Origin: a virus
Taxonomy: Duplodnaviria > Heunggongvirae > Uroviricota > Caudoviricetes
DNA length: 64,000 nucleotides
Reading direction: 5' to 3' (one strand)
Virus record (IMG/VR): IMGVR_UViG_3300009095_001812
Coordinates: 56,990 to 120,989 of that record
The position numbers were made by a program, and so were the translations under genes. Shown piece by piece: positions 38,601-47,666 of the stretch (position 1 is the stretch's first letter; every line of letters begins with the position of its first letter). The notes below the pieces were generated by a model. That model searched no databases and had not been told where the DNA came from. It worked only from the letters and a program-made list of their open reading frames with translations.

Positions 38601-40509
38601 CGCAAATGGTATTTTGACATCAATATATAAACGGAGAGATGCTGGATTTTCTACATTTAAAACTGGAACATATGAACATAAAAAACAATATGAACTTATT
38701 ACAACTCATGGTTCATGGAAGGAATTTTGTTCTATCGGTTTTGCTGGACATCCAAATAAAGATTCTGTTTTGCTTTCATTGAAAAATGAGGTAATTAAAA
38801 ATTACCAAAAAAACAGTTATACCAATTTGGTTTCTATTGAACAAATTGAAGGTGATACTGTTTATTGTTTGAAAGAGCATGTATCAAGGGCATTGACCGT
38901 AAACGGCATTGCCGCTCGTAGATGTGGTGAGATCTCAATGTCTACTGGTGTTTGCTTGTTATTCTCTTTGAACCTTGTGAAGTTCATCAAGAAATCCGGT
39001 GGTAATTTTGTTTTTGACTACGATGAGTTCAAGAAGGCGGTAAAGATTGCTACTCGTTTTGCGGATAACATCAATGACATTTCCCGTGTTCCACTAGATG
39101 CGTATAAGAATTCCATGCAAGAAAAGCGCCGTCTTGGTATTGGTGTTCTTTCATTGGGTTCTTTGCACTACTGTTTAGGAATTCGTTTTGGATCCGAAGA
39201 GTCTCAGCAGCTTATTAGGGATATTTTCAAAGCAAAAGCTGAAACAGAGATTTTAACATCAGCAGAGCTTGGAGCAGAGAAGGGCTCTTTTAAGCTCTTT
39301 GATAAAGAAAAATATTTTAACTCTCATTGGTGGAAGACTCTTCCGATTTCAAAATTTGTCAAGAAGAAAGTTGAAGAAATTGGCGAGATGAGAAACTCTC
39401 ATCGTGCAGCCAATGCACCAACAGGAAATATGAGTATTTACTCGGGTGTTATGTCTGGTGGTATCGAACCAGTCTTTATGAAGGAGTATGCTCGCTGGGC
39501 TATTGTTCCTGAACGAGAACGCATGAATCTTAAAGAGGAAGGTTTTGAATTTCCCAACATTTTCTCTGGTGAGTGGTTTGAGACAAAGCACCTCAAAGCA
39601 TCCAAAGCTGGGGCTGATGATTGTTTGCTTGGAAAATTCAATGGTATTGATTACCAAGTAGACAAGAACCGTGGTCTTACAAAGAGAACTGTTGTACAGG
39701 ATTGGGGTTGGATGTTTGTTCAGGCAAATTATTCCGAAGAAGAAATTGCACAGATGGAAGCTCGGGGTGTTTTCGTTACTACAGAAGATTTAAGTGTTGA
39801 AGAGCATCTTAAGACACTTGAAATCATTGCTCCGTTTGTAGATCAAAATTCTTCTAAGACCATAAATGTCCCTAATGATTATTCTTATGAGAAGTTTGAG
39901 AGTGTATATTTAGATGCGTGGAAAGCTGGTATTAAAGGAATCACAACCTATCGTGCCGGTACAATGACAGCTGTTCTTGAAGCTGTAGATAAATCAACGG
40001 AATCTGTTGGAAAGGCGTCTGCACCGAAGAGACCAAAAGAACTTCCTTGTGAACTTCATAGAACAAAGATCAAGGGTAAAGAATGGGCTGTTGTTGTTGG
40101 TTTGTATAACGGTAAACCATATGAGGTTTTTGCCGGTCCTATTAGTGGTATCGAGTTCCCACAAAAGGGATTTGGACAATTGGTCAAAAAGAAAAAAGGT
40201 CAATACTCGCTTATAATGCCTGATATGACAATTGATAATATCGTTGACTATATCAATGATGAGGATTCTGCCTGGGCAACAAGAATGATTTCCATGTCTA
40301 TGAGACACGGAATTCCATTGGAGTTTATATACGACCAGCTATCAAAAGACGGAACAGTCGTAGATGTAAACAATATTCTGGCAAGAATACTAAAGAAATA
40401 CATCAATCTCTCTGGTAAACTAAAGTGCCCTCAGTGCGGATCTGAGAGTGTTGTTCTTGAACAGGCATGCATGAAGTGCCTCCAGTGTAATTTTGGAAAA
40501 TGTGGATAA
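35635..40509 (+). CDS. nrdJ: Class II (adenosylcobalamin-dependent) ribonucleotide reductase with two inteins
   Basis: AGGRI, LMN/C, RKGAQM, FNISV, TNP/CGEI, RRLGIG, APTG, GIEP and KGITTYR motifs; C-terminal TSCPD-like and Zn-ribbon domains. Confidence 0.9.
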   Translation: MTIKDVERQGISDEVWEQNYKSPKDQSLDDTWTRQAKACSSVEEKSIRQQVYEDFKWLLTDFKGIAGGRITANLGVEGREATTLMNCFLPGTKVLTVNGYVSIENICVGDKVLTHTGNWQSVHNTLSRYYEGEVDSYKSSLLNNTVVCTTNHEFYQGNNEWTKSHNNKILALPFVEDCGEYFTIDIQSYLDENIIHNKLGTYLVQIKNDDDKVWHEKDFIGGNGARGTKSSVPINKKFRLDEDAAYLFGRFIGDGSVYSTQGNEVINGVNIVFSDLEKDHMKKCNSIIENTFGISFNENMGDSFHYLRKANIVLASFFASVCGIGVDKKRVPSFIMESKESVRKSFLLGLLDSDGMVGKNGVIKLTLSNESLIDDVKFLFNSIGLIPRKNAAYVSHVENAKPAWVLQVSASQSQSIFSDLLKVYADDRLSQSFGSKNKFHKYGKNFISSDFEKSTYSYKGMVYNISVNKDESYVVEGVVVHNCFVHNPSDIGYADSDSIHGIYKMLECQAQTLKSEGGYGMNFSWIRPNGSYVAGIDSRTPGVLNFMELWDTSSKIITMGSEKVLGEKRPNEKKKIRKGAQMGILDCWHPEIEDFIEAKLVEGRLSKFNISVGITEGFMEAVLNDTDWDLKFPDTECKEYKKQWFGNIYDWEAKGLPVIVHKTIRAKDLWTKITKSTYTRNDPGVLFFDHINKMNPLYYAERIATTNPCFAGSERFLTETGYIRFDESSQPANILVDGRISYHDDGPEKPDNWKISNEYCGTVVREASSAFITKEYSDLLLLEFSNGQTLKCTPDHHIATSDGMVEAQYLTPEHEILVPRTTPPVSSIFGSIPKSKNEKASFLMGLITGDGCIHKNTAHIDLWGDDRDRMKNICCEIIDSLHDDSPDLVEKPKNWKNRQLSKYYISESDNKIRISSTWLKYFLEQIYAFDKRDVPEFVIQNARTSSGQFYLAGFYYADGTVSKNKQKGISVRLAQSNKEILRSVQLICHANGILTSIYKRRDAGFSTFKTGTYEHKKQYELITTHGSWKEFCSIGFAGHPNKDSVLLSLKNEVIKNYQKNSYTNLVSIEQIEGDTVYCLKEHVSRALTVNGIAARRCGEISMSTGVCLLFSLNLVKFIKKSGGNFVFDYDEFKKAVKIATRFADNINDISRVPLDAYKNSMQEKRRLGIGVLSLGSLHYCLGIRFGSEESQQLIRDIFKAKAETEILTSAELGAEKGSFKLFDKEKYFNSHWWKTLPISKFVKKKVEEIGEMRNSHRAANAPTGNMSIYSGVMSGGIEPVFMKEYARWAIVPERERMNLKEEGFEFPNIFSGEWFETKHLKASKAGADDCLLGKFNGIDYQVDKNRGLTKRTVVQDWGWMFVQANYSEEEIAQMEARGVFVTTEDLSVEEHLKTLEIIAPFVDQNSSKTINVPNDYSYEKFESVYLDAWKAGIKGITTYRAGTMTAVLEAVDKSTESVGKASAPKRPKELPCELHRTKIKGKEWAVVVGLYNGKPYEVFAGPISGIEFPQKGFGQLVKKKKGQYSLIMPDMTIDNIVDYINDEDSAWATRMISMSMRHGIPLEFIYDQLSKDGTVVDVNNILARILKKYINLSGKLKCPQCGSESVVLEQACMKCLQCNFGKCG
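35893..37080 (+). mobile_element. RNR intein 1 with LAGLIDADG endonuclease (396 aa)
   Basis: TLMN/CFLPGT ... GVVVHN/CFV junctions; GRFIGDG and LLGLLDSDG blocks. Confidence 0.92.
37759..38922 (+). mobile_element. RNR intein 2 with LAGLIDADG endonuclease (388 aa) and non-canonical C-terminal Arg
   Basis: TTNP/CFAG ... TPDHHI block B ... LTVNGIAARR/CGEI; GLITGDG and LAGFYYADG blocks. Confidence 0.88.
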
Positions 40510-40879
40510 TGTATCTGAAAGAAGCATTTTTTTAGATAGAGAAGATGCTTATGATATAGAAGAGGAAGAAAGGAATCTTTTTCTAAGGAGTATCCTTGAA
40601 GAAATAGGAGTTCCTATTGATGAGATTTGGCCCGATATATCTCTGAGTGTTGAACAAAAAATTCATCTCAGGGATATGTTATCTAAGCTAGAAATTGATA
40701 TTTTAGATATAGGAAATCGAGAGTATGAATTATATCATAGAGATGATCTATTAGCTAAATGGTACAAACCAAGATACATACTCAAAAGAGATTTGAAGGC
40801 GAGAACTTTAAATAAGAAATTGTTTTATGAAATGGTAATAAAGACATGGAGTGTCTTTGAAAAGGAGAATAATGAGTAA
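40493..40879 (+). CDS. Hypothetical protein
   Basis: Tiled acidic ORF; start uncertain. Confidence 0.55.
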   Translation: MENVDNVSERSIFLDREDAYDIEEEERNLFLRSILEEIGVPIDEIWPDISLSVEQKIHLRDMLSKLEIDILDIGNREYELYHRDDLLAKWYKPRYILKRDLKARTLNKKLFYEMVIKTWSVFEKENNE

Positions 40880-41138
40880 GCCAACTACACTTGATAAAGA
40901 ATCAATTAAACTAATCGCAGACTCAAGAGCTAAAGCTCTTGAGTTATCTCAAACCGCACAGGCTGCAATAAAAGATGCTAAGATTGCAGAGCTTGAATTT
41001 AAGAATACAATTCAGCAAGTTTACATTGAGAAAGGGCTTGATCCTAAGTGCAATATAGATCTGTCTACGGGTGGTGTTACATGGCCTGAGGATCAGGAAG
41101 TTTCTAAAGAAACCAAAGAAGAGGCTATTGTAGAATGA
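40872..41138 (+). CDS. Hypothetical protein
   Basis: AAGGAG RBS before ATG 40872. Confidence 0.6.
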   Translation: MSKPTTLDKESIKLIADSRAKALELSQTAQAAIKDAKIAELEFKNTIQQVYIEKGLDPKCNIDLSTGGVTWPEDQEVSKETKEEAIVE

Positions 41139-41809
41139 AGGTTGAAGAGTTAGCTGCGTTGGTAGCTGTAAGAAATCATATCTTTACAGTTATTAACGAC
41201 AAAAGCGTTACAGGAAGAGATGACTTTCGTCCTCTTGAAGCAAAGAGAAGAGAACTTGATCTCAAGTTTGTCCAAATTATAAAGGATACGGATGTTGAAG
41301 ATTTATTCACCAACGAAGTAACCGTGATCAAGGTGGGCGGAAATCCTTCAGCTCAAGATCTTGATTTTTGGCGACAAATATTTGAGCAGGCTAAGAACGA
41401 TTCTGATTTCAAGATCATTACACACGATGCCGTTGAAATTGAAAAGATTGATGCTTCGGATGTACAAGTTGTCTCAAAAGAAGATGATCAGTTGGTATTA
41501 TCTTTTTCAAATCCAATAGATGATTCTTCTTTAGAGAAAGAAATTCAAGAGAAGGTTGCAGAGGTTGCTCAGGGAAAAGTCGAGGAACTCGAAGAGAAAC
41601 TGGAAGAAGATGGAGTAACTCTTGAAAAGTCCGCAATTGCCCCTGATGCAAAGCTAGCTCTTGAGGAGAAAAAGAAGGCAGAGGCGGCAAAGAAGGCTTC
41701 GCTGGACCCAGATATTGCTGCGGCAATTCAAAGACAAAAAGAAGCCCTAAATAAAGAGGGTCGAAAGACAGCTAAGAAAGTGATTAAAGCAAATGGAACG
41801 ACGGGGTGA
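41135..41809 (+). CDS. Hypothetical acidic coiled-coil protein
   Basis: Tiled ORF with native codon usage. Confidence 0.6.
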   Translation: MKVEELAALVAVRNHIFTVINDKSVTGRDDFRPLEAKRRELDLKFVQIIKDTDVEDLFTNEVTVIKVGGNPSAQDLDFWRQIFEQAKNDSDFKIITHDAVEIEKIDASDVQVVSKEDDQLVLSFSNPIDDSSLEKEIQEKVAEVAQGKVEELEEKLEEDGVTLEKSAIAPDAKLALEEKKKAEAAKKASLDPDIAAAIQRQKEALNKEGRKTAKKVIKANGTTG

Positions 41810-42596
41810 TTTTGTTGTTTTGAAGGATGACCTCTGGATTAAGAGGCAGAAGCACGCAGGTCGTGTTGTTGCCAAATCACATCAAGAAATTTATCCAATG
41901 ATAAAGGGTATGTCTAAAGGACTAACCCTGAAACAAATTGGAGAGGTTGTAAATGAGGTTATCCAGAAGAATGACTGTACCCCTACATTCCTTGGTTACA
42001 ACGGCTTTCCAAGTGTTGTCTGTGCTTCAATCAATCATGAGCTGGTTCATGGATTTGCTCGTGATATAGAACTCCAACCCGGGGATGTGGTCAAGATAGA
42101 TATTGGAGCCACGTTCGAGGGGGCTATAGGGGATTGTGCTGTCACATATGTTTATGGAAAGCCAAAATCTGAGAAAATTCTTCAGATGCTTTTGGCATGT
42201 CAGGACTCTTTGAGAGATGCAATTGCTGTTGTGAAGCCCGGAAACCGTCTAGGTGAGATAGGAAAGGCAATTTGGGAAAAATCTAGAACCTCAGGGTTTG
42301 GAGTGATTACTGATTTTGGTGGTCATGGAATTGACTATCACAAACTCCATTCTCATCCTTTTGTAAAGAACAAAGGAAAGTCAGATGAGGGAATCGTCAT
42401 GGAGCCCGGGCTTTCAATTGCTATAGAACCAATGTTTGTTCTTGGTAAAAATACCAATACAAAATTGCTAAAAGATAAATGGACAGTCGTGACAAAAGAT
42501 ATTGGTTGCCACTATGAGCATTCCGTGACAATTGATAAAAACGGTCATACACATATCATGACCGATCATGATATAGATGTTAAAGATTTTGTGTAA
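41793..42596 (+). CDS. map: Type I methionine aminopeptidase
   Basis: FLGYNGFP..VCASIN...VHG, DVVKIDIG, GDCAVT, GHGI...H, EPM and HYEH metal-ligand motifs. Confidence 0.92.
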   Translation: MERRGDFVVLKDDLWIKRQKHAGRVVAKSHQEIYPMIKGMSKGLTLKQIGEVVNEVIQKNDCTPTFLGYNGFPSVVCASINHELVHGFARDIELQPGDVVKIDIGATFEGAIGDCAVTYVYGKPKSEKILQMLLACQDSLRDAIAVVKPGNRLGEIGKAIWEKSRTSGFGVITDFGGHGIDYHKLHSHPFVKNKGKSDEGIVMEPGLSIAIEPMFVLGKNTNTKLLKDKWTVVTKDIGCHYEHSVTIDKNGHTHIMTDHDIDVKDFV

Positions 42597-42614
42597 AATG
42601 TAAAGGGGTCGAGA

Positions 42615-42851
42615 GTGCGATTTTCGTTTGATGATGGTGGTTACATTGAGTTTCAGCGCTCGAAAAAAGCACATCATGCTCATGTGATTGTGGCAGTTAG
42701 AAAGCCAAACAATCCACTAGAGTTATTGGTGAACTCCGCAGAAATTCATATAAAGCAATTAATACAGGGTGTAGAATCTGTTTCTGGCCCGATCATATTA
42801 AAAAAGGAAGACCAAAATGAACACAGCAATTCAGACAATTCAGAATATTAA
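42615..42851 (+). CDS. Hypothetical protein
   Basis: Tiled ORF with GTG start. Confidence 0.5.
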   Translation: MRFSFDDGGYIEFQRSKKAHHAHVIVAVRKPNNPLELLVNSAEIHIKQLIQGVESVSGPIILKKEDQNEHSNSDNSEY

Positions 42852-43122
42852 GAATAACAATTTGACAAACAATACCCAGAGAGTTGGCTTGCGCCTGCTC
42901 ACCGCAGATGGTGATTGGATTCCGCGCTCACGCCTTGCTCGCATCCCGTCCGCTACTTCTCGTATCCGAGATCTTCGGAAAGAAGAATTTGGTGGGTTTC
43001 AGGTTGAATGTAAGTCATCTGACGAATTGAATAAGAAAGCCTCCAAGAGGACTTATTATTACAGAATCAATCCCAATAAGGTTACAAAAAAGCAGATTAG
43101 CACTCTTTTTAATCAGATCTGA
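42817..43122 (+). CDS. Putative winged-helix DNA-binding protein
   Basis: SATSRIRDLRK...GFQVEC...YYYRI pattern. Confidence 0.5.
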   Translation: MNTAIQTIQNIKNNNLTNNTQRVGLRLLTADGDWIPRSRLARIPSATSRIRDLRKEEFGGFQVECKSSDELNKKASKRTYYYRINPNKVTKKQISTLFNQI

Positions 43123-43149
43123 AATAAGAGCTGCTCCTCTCCTTTAAAG

Positions 43150-43183
43150 AAACCCCTGAAGAAAATTCTTCAGGGGTTTTTTT
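43150..43183 (+). terminator. Intrinsic (Rho-independent) terminator
   Basis: AAACCCCTGAAGA-AAAT-TCTTCAGGGGTTT perfect 13-bp stem followed by a T run. Confidence 0.9.
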
Positions 43184-43233
43184 ATAGCGCATAATCCGGA
43201 ATAAATATGAAAAACCTTCGAGATTGAGGACTG

Positions 43234-44034
43234 ATGGTAACACCAATTAACAACCCATGTGATCTTGGAACGCCAGAACCATGCGGGGTAAACCCAGCTT
43301 TTAAATATACTCGTTACCCTTGCGATTTTGACGATCCTAGGCCAACGGATACTCGTGGTTTGCCATTAATTGTTGATTTGCAAACTCCCGTTAAAGCTGA
43401 GGTTGCAAACCGCCACAGGGAATCTATTTTAGCTCTTGAAGCCGAATTAGGTATCCAGCCATCTGGTTCATATACGACTGTTAGGAACCGTCTAGATGTC
43501 TTAGAGAACTTCCTTTGTACACTCTATAACTCAGGTGGTATTGGTGGCGGTGGTGGTGGTACGGGAGGGTATGAACCCGTCCATGAGGCTCTAACTGTAT
43601 CATCTAATGGGCAGGTTAATTTTACACTTTCACAAGAACCAACAATTGATGTTTTGTTGTTTTGGATTGGTGGAATCAAGCAGGCAATCGGAGAATATAC
43701 TTTAACAGATGATCAGGTTACTTGGACGGGAAGCACTGTCTTACAGACAACAGACATTGTTGAAGTTTTGTATTTTGTTGGTCCCGGTACCGGAGGTGGG
43801 GACGGGGGTGGAGGTCTTGCAAACTTTACTCAACAAGTATTTACAGCAGTTGCTGCACAAACCAATTTTGTTGTTAGTAATCCCCCTCAAAGTTTGGAGA
43901 CAACACAATTGTACATTGATGGTATATCACAGACTGTTGGTACGGATTATTCTGTGTTTGGTTCAACAGTCATCTATGCAGGATCTCCGGCTCTTACTGG
44001 TGGTGAAGAGGTCGTTGTCAAATACTTCTTTTGA
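43234..44034 (+). CDS. Putative virion structural protein with two tandem beta-sandwich repeats
   Basis: Gly-rich linkers; two ~75 aa repeats (Q.NF.(L/V)S..P......L.I.GI.Q....Y...G..V...G...L...(D/E).V.V.YF). Confidence 0.6.
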   Translation: MVTPINNPCDLGTPEPCGVNPAFKYTRYPCDFDDPRPTDTRGLPLIVDLQTPVKAEVANRHRESILALEAELGIQPSGSYTTVRNRLDVLENFLCTLYNSGGIGGGGGGTGGYEPVHEALTVSSNGQVNFTLSQEPTIDVLLFWIGGIKQAIGEYTLTDDQVTWTGSTVLQTTDIVEVLYFVGPGTGGGDGGGGLANFTQQVFTAVAAQTNFVVSNPPQSLETTQLYIDGISQTVGTDYSVFGSTVIYAGSPALTGGEEVVVKYFF

Positions 44035-44056
44035 TACTATCTAATATGGGATATTT

Positions 44057-44752
44057 ATGAAAATGTTTTCTACTTTAAAAGAAGACTTAAAGAAAAACTA
44101 TTCCTTTACTATAAAGTATAAGAATGAGTCTTTTTTTATGAAGATGATTGGATTTGTTCTTTTCTTTAATAAAGCATTTATGAAAGATTTTATTACAACA
44201 ATTGGTAATACAATCTATTTTCCAAGCCGAAAGTTTATAGAGGAAAATGAAATATCAGCGATGATAACGCTTTGTCATGAACTGATTCATATCAAACAAG
44301 CAAAGAAACACGGGCGTGTTCTTTTTTCATTGATGTATTTATTTCCTCAGTGTCTTGTTTTACTATCACTTCTAGCATTTTTAAGTTTTGTATGGTTTCA
44401 TTTTATATGGTTTTTGGCTTTCTTAATTTTTGCTGCGCCAATTCCAGCTCCATTTAGAAAAAATTTTGAACTTGAAGCATATTATATGAGTTTGTTCATT
44501 TACTATACAAATATGAAAAGAAACAATCTTCCAGCCGATGAAATTCAAAGAAATATGTCTATTTGGGTGTTCGATTTAAACCTACATAACTTCCGTGGTT
44601 CTAACTATTATTTTATGTGGCCATTCGGTGTTGTAAAAGAACTTGGAAATAAAGTAAAAGAGATTAGAGAGCGCGATATATCAGATACAGATGAAACTTA
44701 TAGCTTGATGAAAAAGCTATATTTAAAATCTGTGTCAGCTTATGAATTATGA
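44057..44752 (+). CDS. Membrane protein with HExxH zinc-metalloprotease motif
   Basis: LCHELIH motif, hydrophobic hairpin, downstream FELEAY. Confidence 0.55.
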   Translation: MKMFSTLKEDLKKNYSFTIKYKNESFFMKMIGFVLFFNKAFMKDFITTIGNTIYFPSRKFIEENEISAMITLCHELIHIKQAKKHGRVLFSLMYLFPQCLVLLSLLAFLSFVWFHFIWFLAFLIFAAPIPAPFRKNFELEAYYMSLFIYYTNMKRNNLPADEIQRNMSIWVFDLNLHNFRGSNYYFMWPFGVVKELGNKVKEIRERDISDTDETYSLMKKLYLKSVSAYEL

Positions 44753-45983
44753 TATTGGAATTATCGGTGCTGGTATATCAGGTGTCTTCGCAGCTTTAAG
44801 GTTAGCGGAAAAACATCAAGATTTAAAGATTGTTGTTTTTGAGTTTGGGCCTCCGCCACCAAACTGTCTAAGACAAGATCCTATTCGTGTAAAACGAAGA
44901 CGACGCCAGCTTGAAGGCTGGCTCGGTTGCTTTCCAACAGGTGATGGAAAGATCTATCTGGATGAAGATGCAGATAAGGTTTTAGAGATCGCTGATGGTA
45001 GGCGTGTTCGTGTTATTAGGGATTGGTTTGCATCTCAGCTTACTGAGGTAAGTGCAACAAAACTAATAACTCCAAAACAACCATCAGCAACTGCTAAGAA
45101 AAGAGTTGCTAATAGCAATTTTGATTTACATGTTCACTCTTACGATCAGTGGATACCAGATCAGATTCATCAACTCGCAAAAATATCAGCGGAAAAGATT
45201 GAGGCAGCTGGTAATGTTTATTTAAGTTTTGATACTGAGGTTGATTCTTTTTATAAGAACGGCCGCAAGTTTCATGTAAATACATCACAGGGTGAATTTA
45301 AATGTAAAAAACTCATTCTTGCTGTTGGTCGCTCTGGGTGGAAGTGGGTAAATCAACAGTATAAAGATTTAGGTATTCTTCAAGAAAACAGAACAGCAAG
45401 ATATGGTATTAGAGTAGAAATGCCATCTTCAGCTTTAAAAGAATTTAACAAGTCTCATTGCACCATATCTAAAGAAGGTATTGAAATAGGTCCGTTGAGC
45501 TGGATGGGTTCTGTAATCCAAGAAGATCATGATGACATGACCATTGCCGCATTCAGATCAAATGAAGACAGATGGAAATCAGATAAGGTATTTTTCTCCC
45601 TAATAAAAGATATAGAGATTGAAACTGATGTGTGCGCTTATGTTGATAGAATAGCTAAGTTATCACACCTACTATCTGGTGATAGGGTTGGAAGAGAAAA
45701 GATAAAAAATTTCATTAAAGGTATTGGCGATCTTGCTGAAATGCCAGAGTACAAATGGATATCTAACACACTACGAGAAGTTGAATCTATCTTTCCAAAT
45801 TTGATTAGTCGAGGTTATTTCCACGTTCCTGAAATTGACACAAATATAAATAATATTAATGTTGCTAATAATTTAGAAACAGAGATAGATGGTTTATTTG
45901 TGGCCGGTGAATGTGCCGGTGTTAAAGGAATTGCAGCCGCTGGAATTATGGGTGCAATTGCTGCTGATGGAGCTGCTAAATGA
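44742..45983 (+). CDS. FAD-dependent oxidoreductase
   Basis: IGIIGAGISG, LILAVGRSG and GLFVAGECAG.KGI..A motifs. Confidence 0.8.
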   Translation: MNYDIGIIGAGISGVFAALRLAEKHQDLKIVVFEFGPPPPNCLRQDPIRVKRRRRQLEGWLGCFPTGDGKIYLDEDADKVLEIADGRRVRVIRDWFASQLTEVSATKLITPKQPSATAKKRVANSNFDLHVHSYDQWIPDQIHQLAKISAEKIEAAGNVYLSFDTEVDSFYKNGRKFHVNTSQGEFKCKKLILAVGRSGWKWVNQQYKDLGILQENRTARYGIRVEMPSSALKEFNKSHCTISKEGIEIGPLSWMGSVIQEDHDDMTIAAFRSNEDRWKSDKVFFSLIKDIEIETDVCAYVDRIAKLSHLLSGDRVGREKIKNFIKGIGDLAEMPEYKWISNTLREVESIFPNLISRGYFHVPEIDTNINNINVANNLETEIDGLFVAGECAGVKGIAAAGIMGAIAADGAAK

Positions 45984-46327
45984 ATAATCACGAAAATTCT
46001 TATAATAAATACATTGAAAACGATCAGTTTTTTTATGACGAGAGCGCATCTAAAAAAGGTTTTATCCTAAAACAGGACACTGAACTTTTCAATGAAGAAG
46101 ATTATATTCCTGGTAAATCAATTCAAGTGAAAAGAATTGCAGAGCCAGAGGACTGGAAAGTTCTAGTAAATGGAAAAGAACATTTTTTTCTGAAAGGTTC
46201 TAGATTTACAACAAGGGAAAGAGAGTTTTTACGCACAGCAAAAGGTATTCTTTTTATCGTTGATGGAGTTAAGCAAGGATGGAAATCAGTTTCTGAGTTC
46301 AAAAGACAAATGAAGGATCTGATATGA
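45980..46327 (+). CDS. Hypothetical protein
   Basis: Tiled ORF. Confidence 0.55.
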   Translation: MNNHENSYNKYIENDQFFYDESASKKGFILKQDTELFNEEDYIPGKSIQVKRIAEPEDWKVLVNGKEHFFLKGSRFTTREREFLRTAKGILFIVDGVKQGWKSVSEFKRQMKDLI

Positions 46328-46515
46328 TTATTTTTCATAAAACAAAAAAAGTTGGAATTCAATCATTTCTTGTTTTCATGAACGAAGGCGGTTCTCTTAT
46401 TGATATTCCCGTAGATGATAAAATCCAGAATATGTTTCTTCATTACTTTGATCGTTTGTCTCCTGGGGTGAAGCTGGTCGAGACACAGACTCAAAAGGGC
46501 TTAGAGGACAGCTGA
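46324..46515 (+). CDS. Hypothetical protein
   Basis: Tiled ORF. Confidence 0.5.
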   Translation: MIIFHKTKKVGIQSFLVFMNEGGSLIDIPVDDKIQNMFLHYFDRLSPGVKLVETQTQKGLEDS

Positions 46516-46531
46516 AAAGGAGTTGTCCTGC

Positions 46532-47179
46532 ATGAGTTACGTTCAGTACGTTTGTGACGTTGAAACAACTGGTAGAGATCCAGAAAAACACGATATTATA
46601 GAAGTTTGTTTTTGGAGGATTGGAGATCCCGAGGCTAAAACTTGGCGACTTACTCCTCTATCTCCTGAAAATATAGAAGATGATGCTTTGAGAATCAATA
46701 AACATCTTAGAGAAGATATTCTTCACCAAACAGAAGAGGGAAGGGTTAAGTACAGACACCCCTCGGAAGTTCTTCCTGAAATAGAAATGTGGATGATGGA
46801 AGATGGAGCCGCAGCTGAAGAGCGTGTGTTTATCGGACAAAACCCAGACTTCGATTACGGTTTTCTTCTTGCTCTTTGGAAGAAGATGAATGCCGAAGAT
46901 GACTTCCCTTTTGGTTTCTGGATTGAAGGTAAAGACGAAAAACGTAACCAGGGCTACATCATCGATACGATTCAACTCGCACGCCTCATTGATATTTGTA
47001 CTGGTAAGAAGCGCACACGTTATGGTCTAGGTGCTCTTCAGAAAGCCTTTGGCGTTACCAAGGCTACAGCCCACAGAGCTGATGGAGACGTAAAAATGAC
47101 AAAGGAAATCTTTGAAAAGATATTTGTAGTTCTCAAAGATCCGTTGGCCGAAGCATTTATGAACTCATATACAGAGTAG
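46532..47179 (+). CDS. DEDDh 3'-5' exonuclease (DnaQ-like)
   Basis: CDVETTG, GQNPDFD, IDT and AHRADGD motifs. Confidence 0.88.
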   Translation: MSYVQYVCDVETTGRDPEKHDIIEVCFWRIGDPEAKTWRLTPLSPENIEDDALRINKHLREDILHQTEEGRVKYRHPSEVLPEIEMWMMEDGAAAEERVFIGQNPDFDYGFLLALWKKMNAEDDFPFGFWIEGKDEKRNQGYIIDTIQLARLIDICTGKKRTRYGLGALQKAFGVTKATAHRADGDVKMTKEIFEKIFVVLKDPLAEAFMNSYTE

Positions 47180-47184
47180 ATTTT

Positions 47185-47496
47185 ATGGGACTCGATGCAA
47201 GACTACGACAAGTAATAGACACTCCAGAAATTTCGAATATGGTTATTTTTGTAGATGGGGAGATCTACAATGGTCATGTGGTTTTTGATTGTCTAACAGG
47301 TATTGGTTGGAAACATGGCAGGCCAGTTACCATTGAGCTTGCTGTTCCACGTTGGTGTAGTGTTGTTCTGTTGGATTTAACTTATGGAAAAATTCGCCCT
47401 TTGGTATTTAATAATGAAGGAAAGAATCTTAAAGATATTTTAAAATCTAAGACAACTAAATGGGATGTTGTTGTTTATCCACAGGATTTAACATGA
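47185..47496 (+). CDS. Hypothetical protein
   Basis: Tiled ORF. Confidence 0.5.
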   Translation: MGLDARLRQVIDTPEISNMVIFVDGEIYNGHVVFDCLTGIGWKHGRPVTIELAVPRWCSVVLLDLTYGKIRPLVFNNEGKNLKDILKSKTTKWDVVVYPQDLT

Positions 47497-47666
47497 GCAT
47501 TAAAAAAGAAGTAATAGCAGAGATTGTAAATTGCTTGGAATGGTATGTCGAAAATGATGATACTAATAATTTCCCAAGCAATGAGTTTTGGCTCGATGGG
47601 CTTGAGCGGGCACGCAGGGCGCTTCAAGAGTATCATGAGGAAGAGATAGCAGAGAAACTTAAATGA
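47493..47666 (+). CDS. Small hypothetical protein
   Basis: ATGA overlaps on both sides (MSIKKEVIAE...). Confidence 0.5.
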   Translation: MSIKKEVIAEIVNCLEWYVENDDTNNFPSNEFWLDGLERARRALQEYHEEEIAEKLK

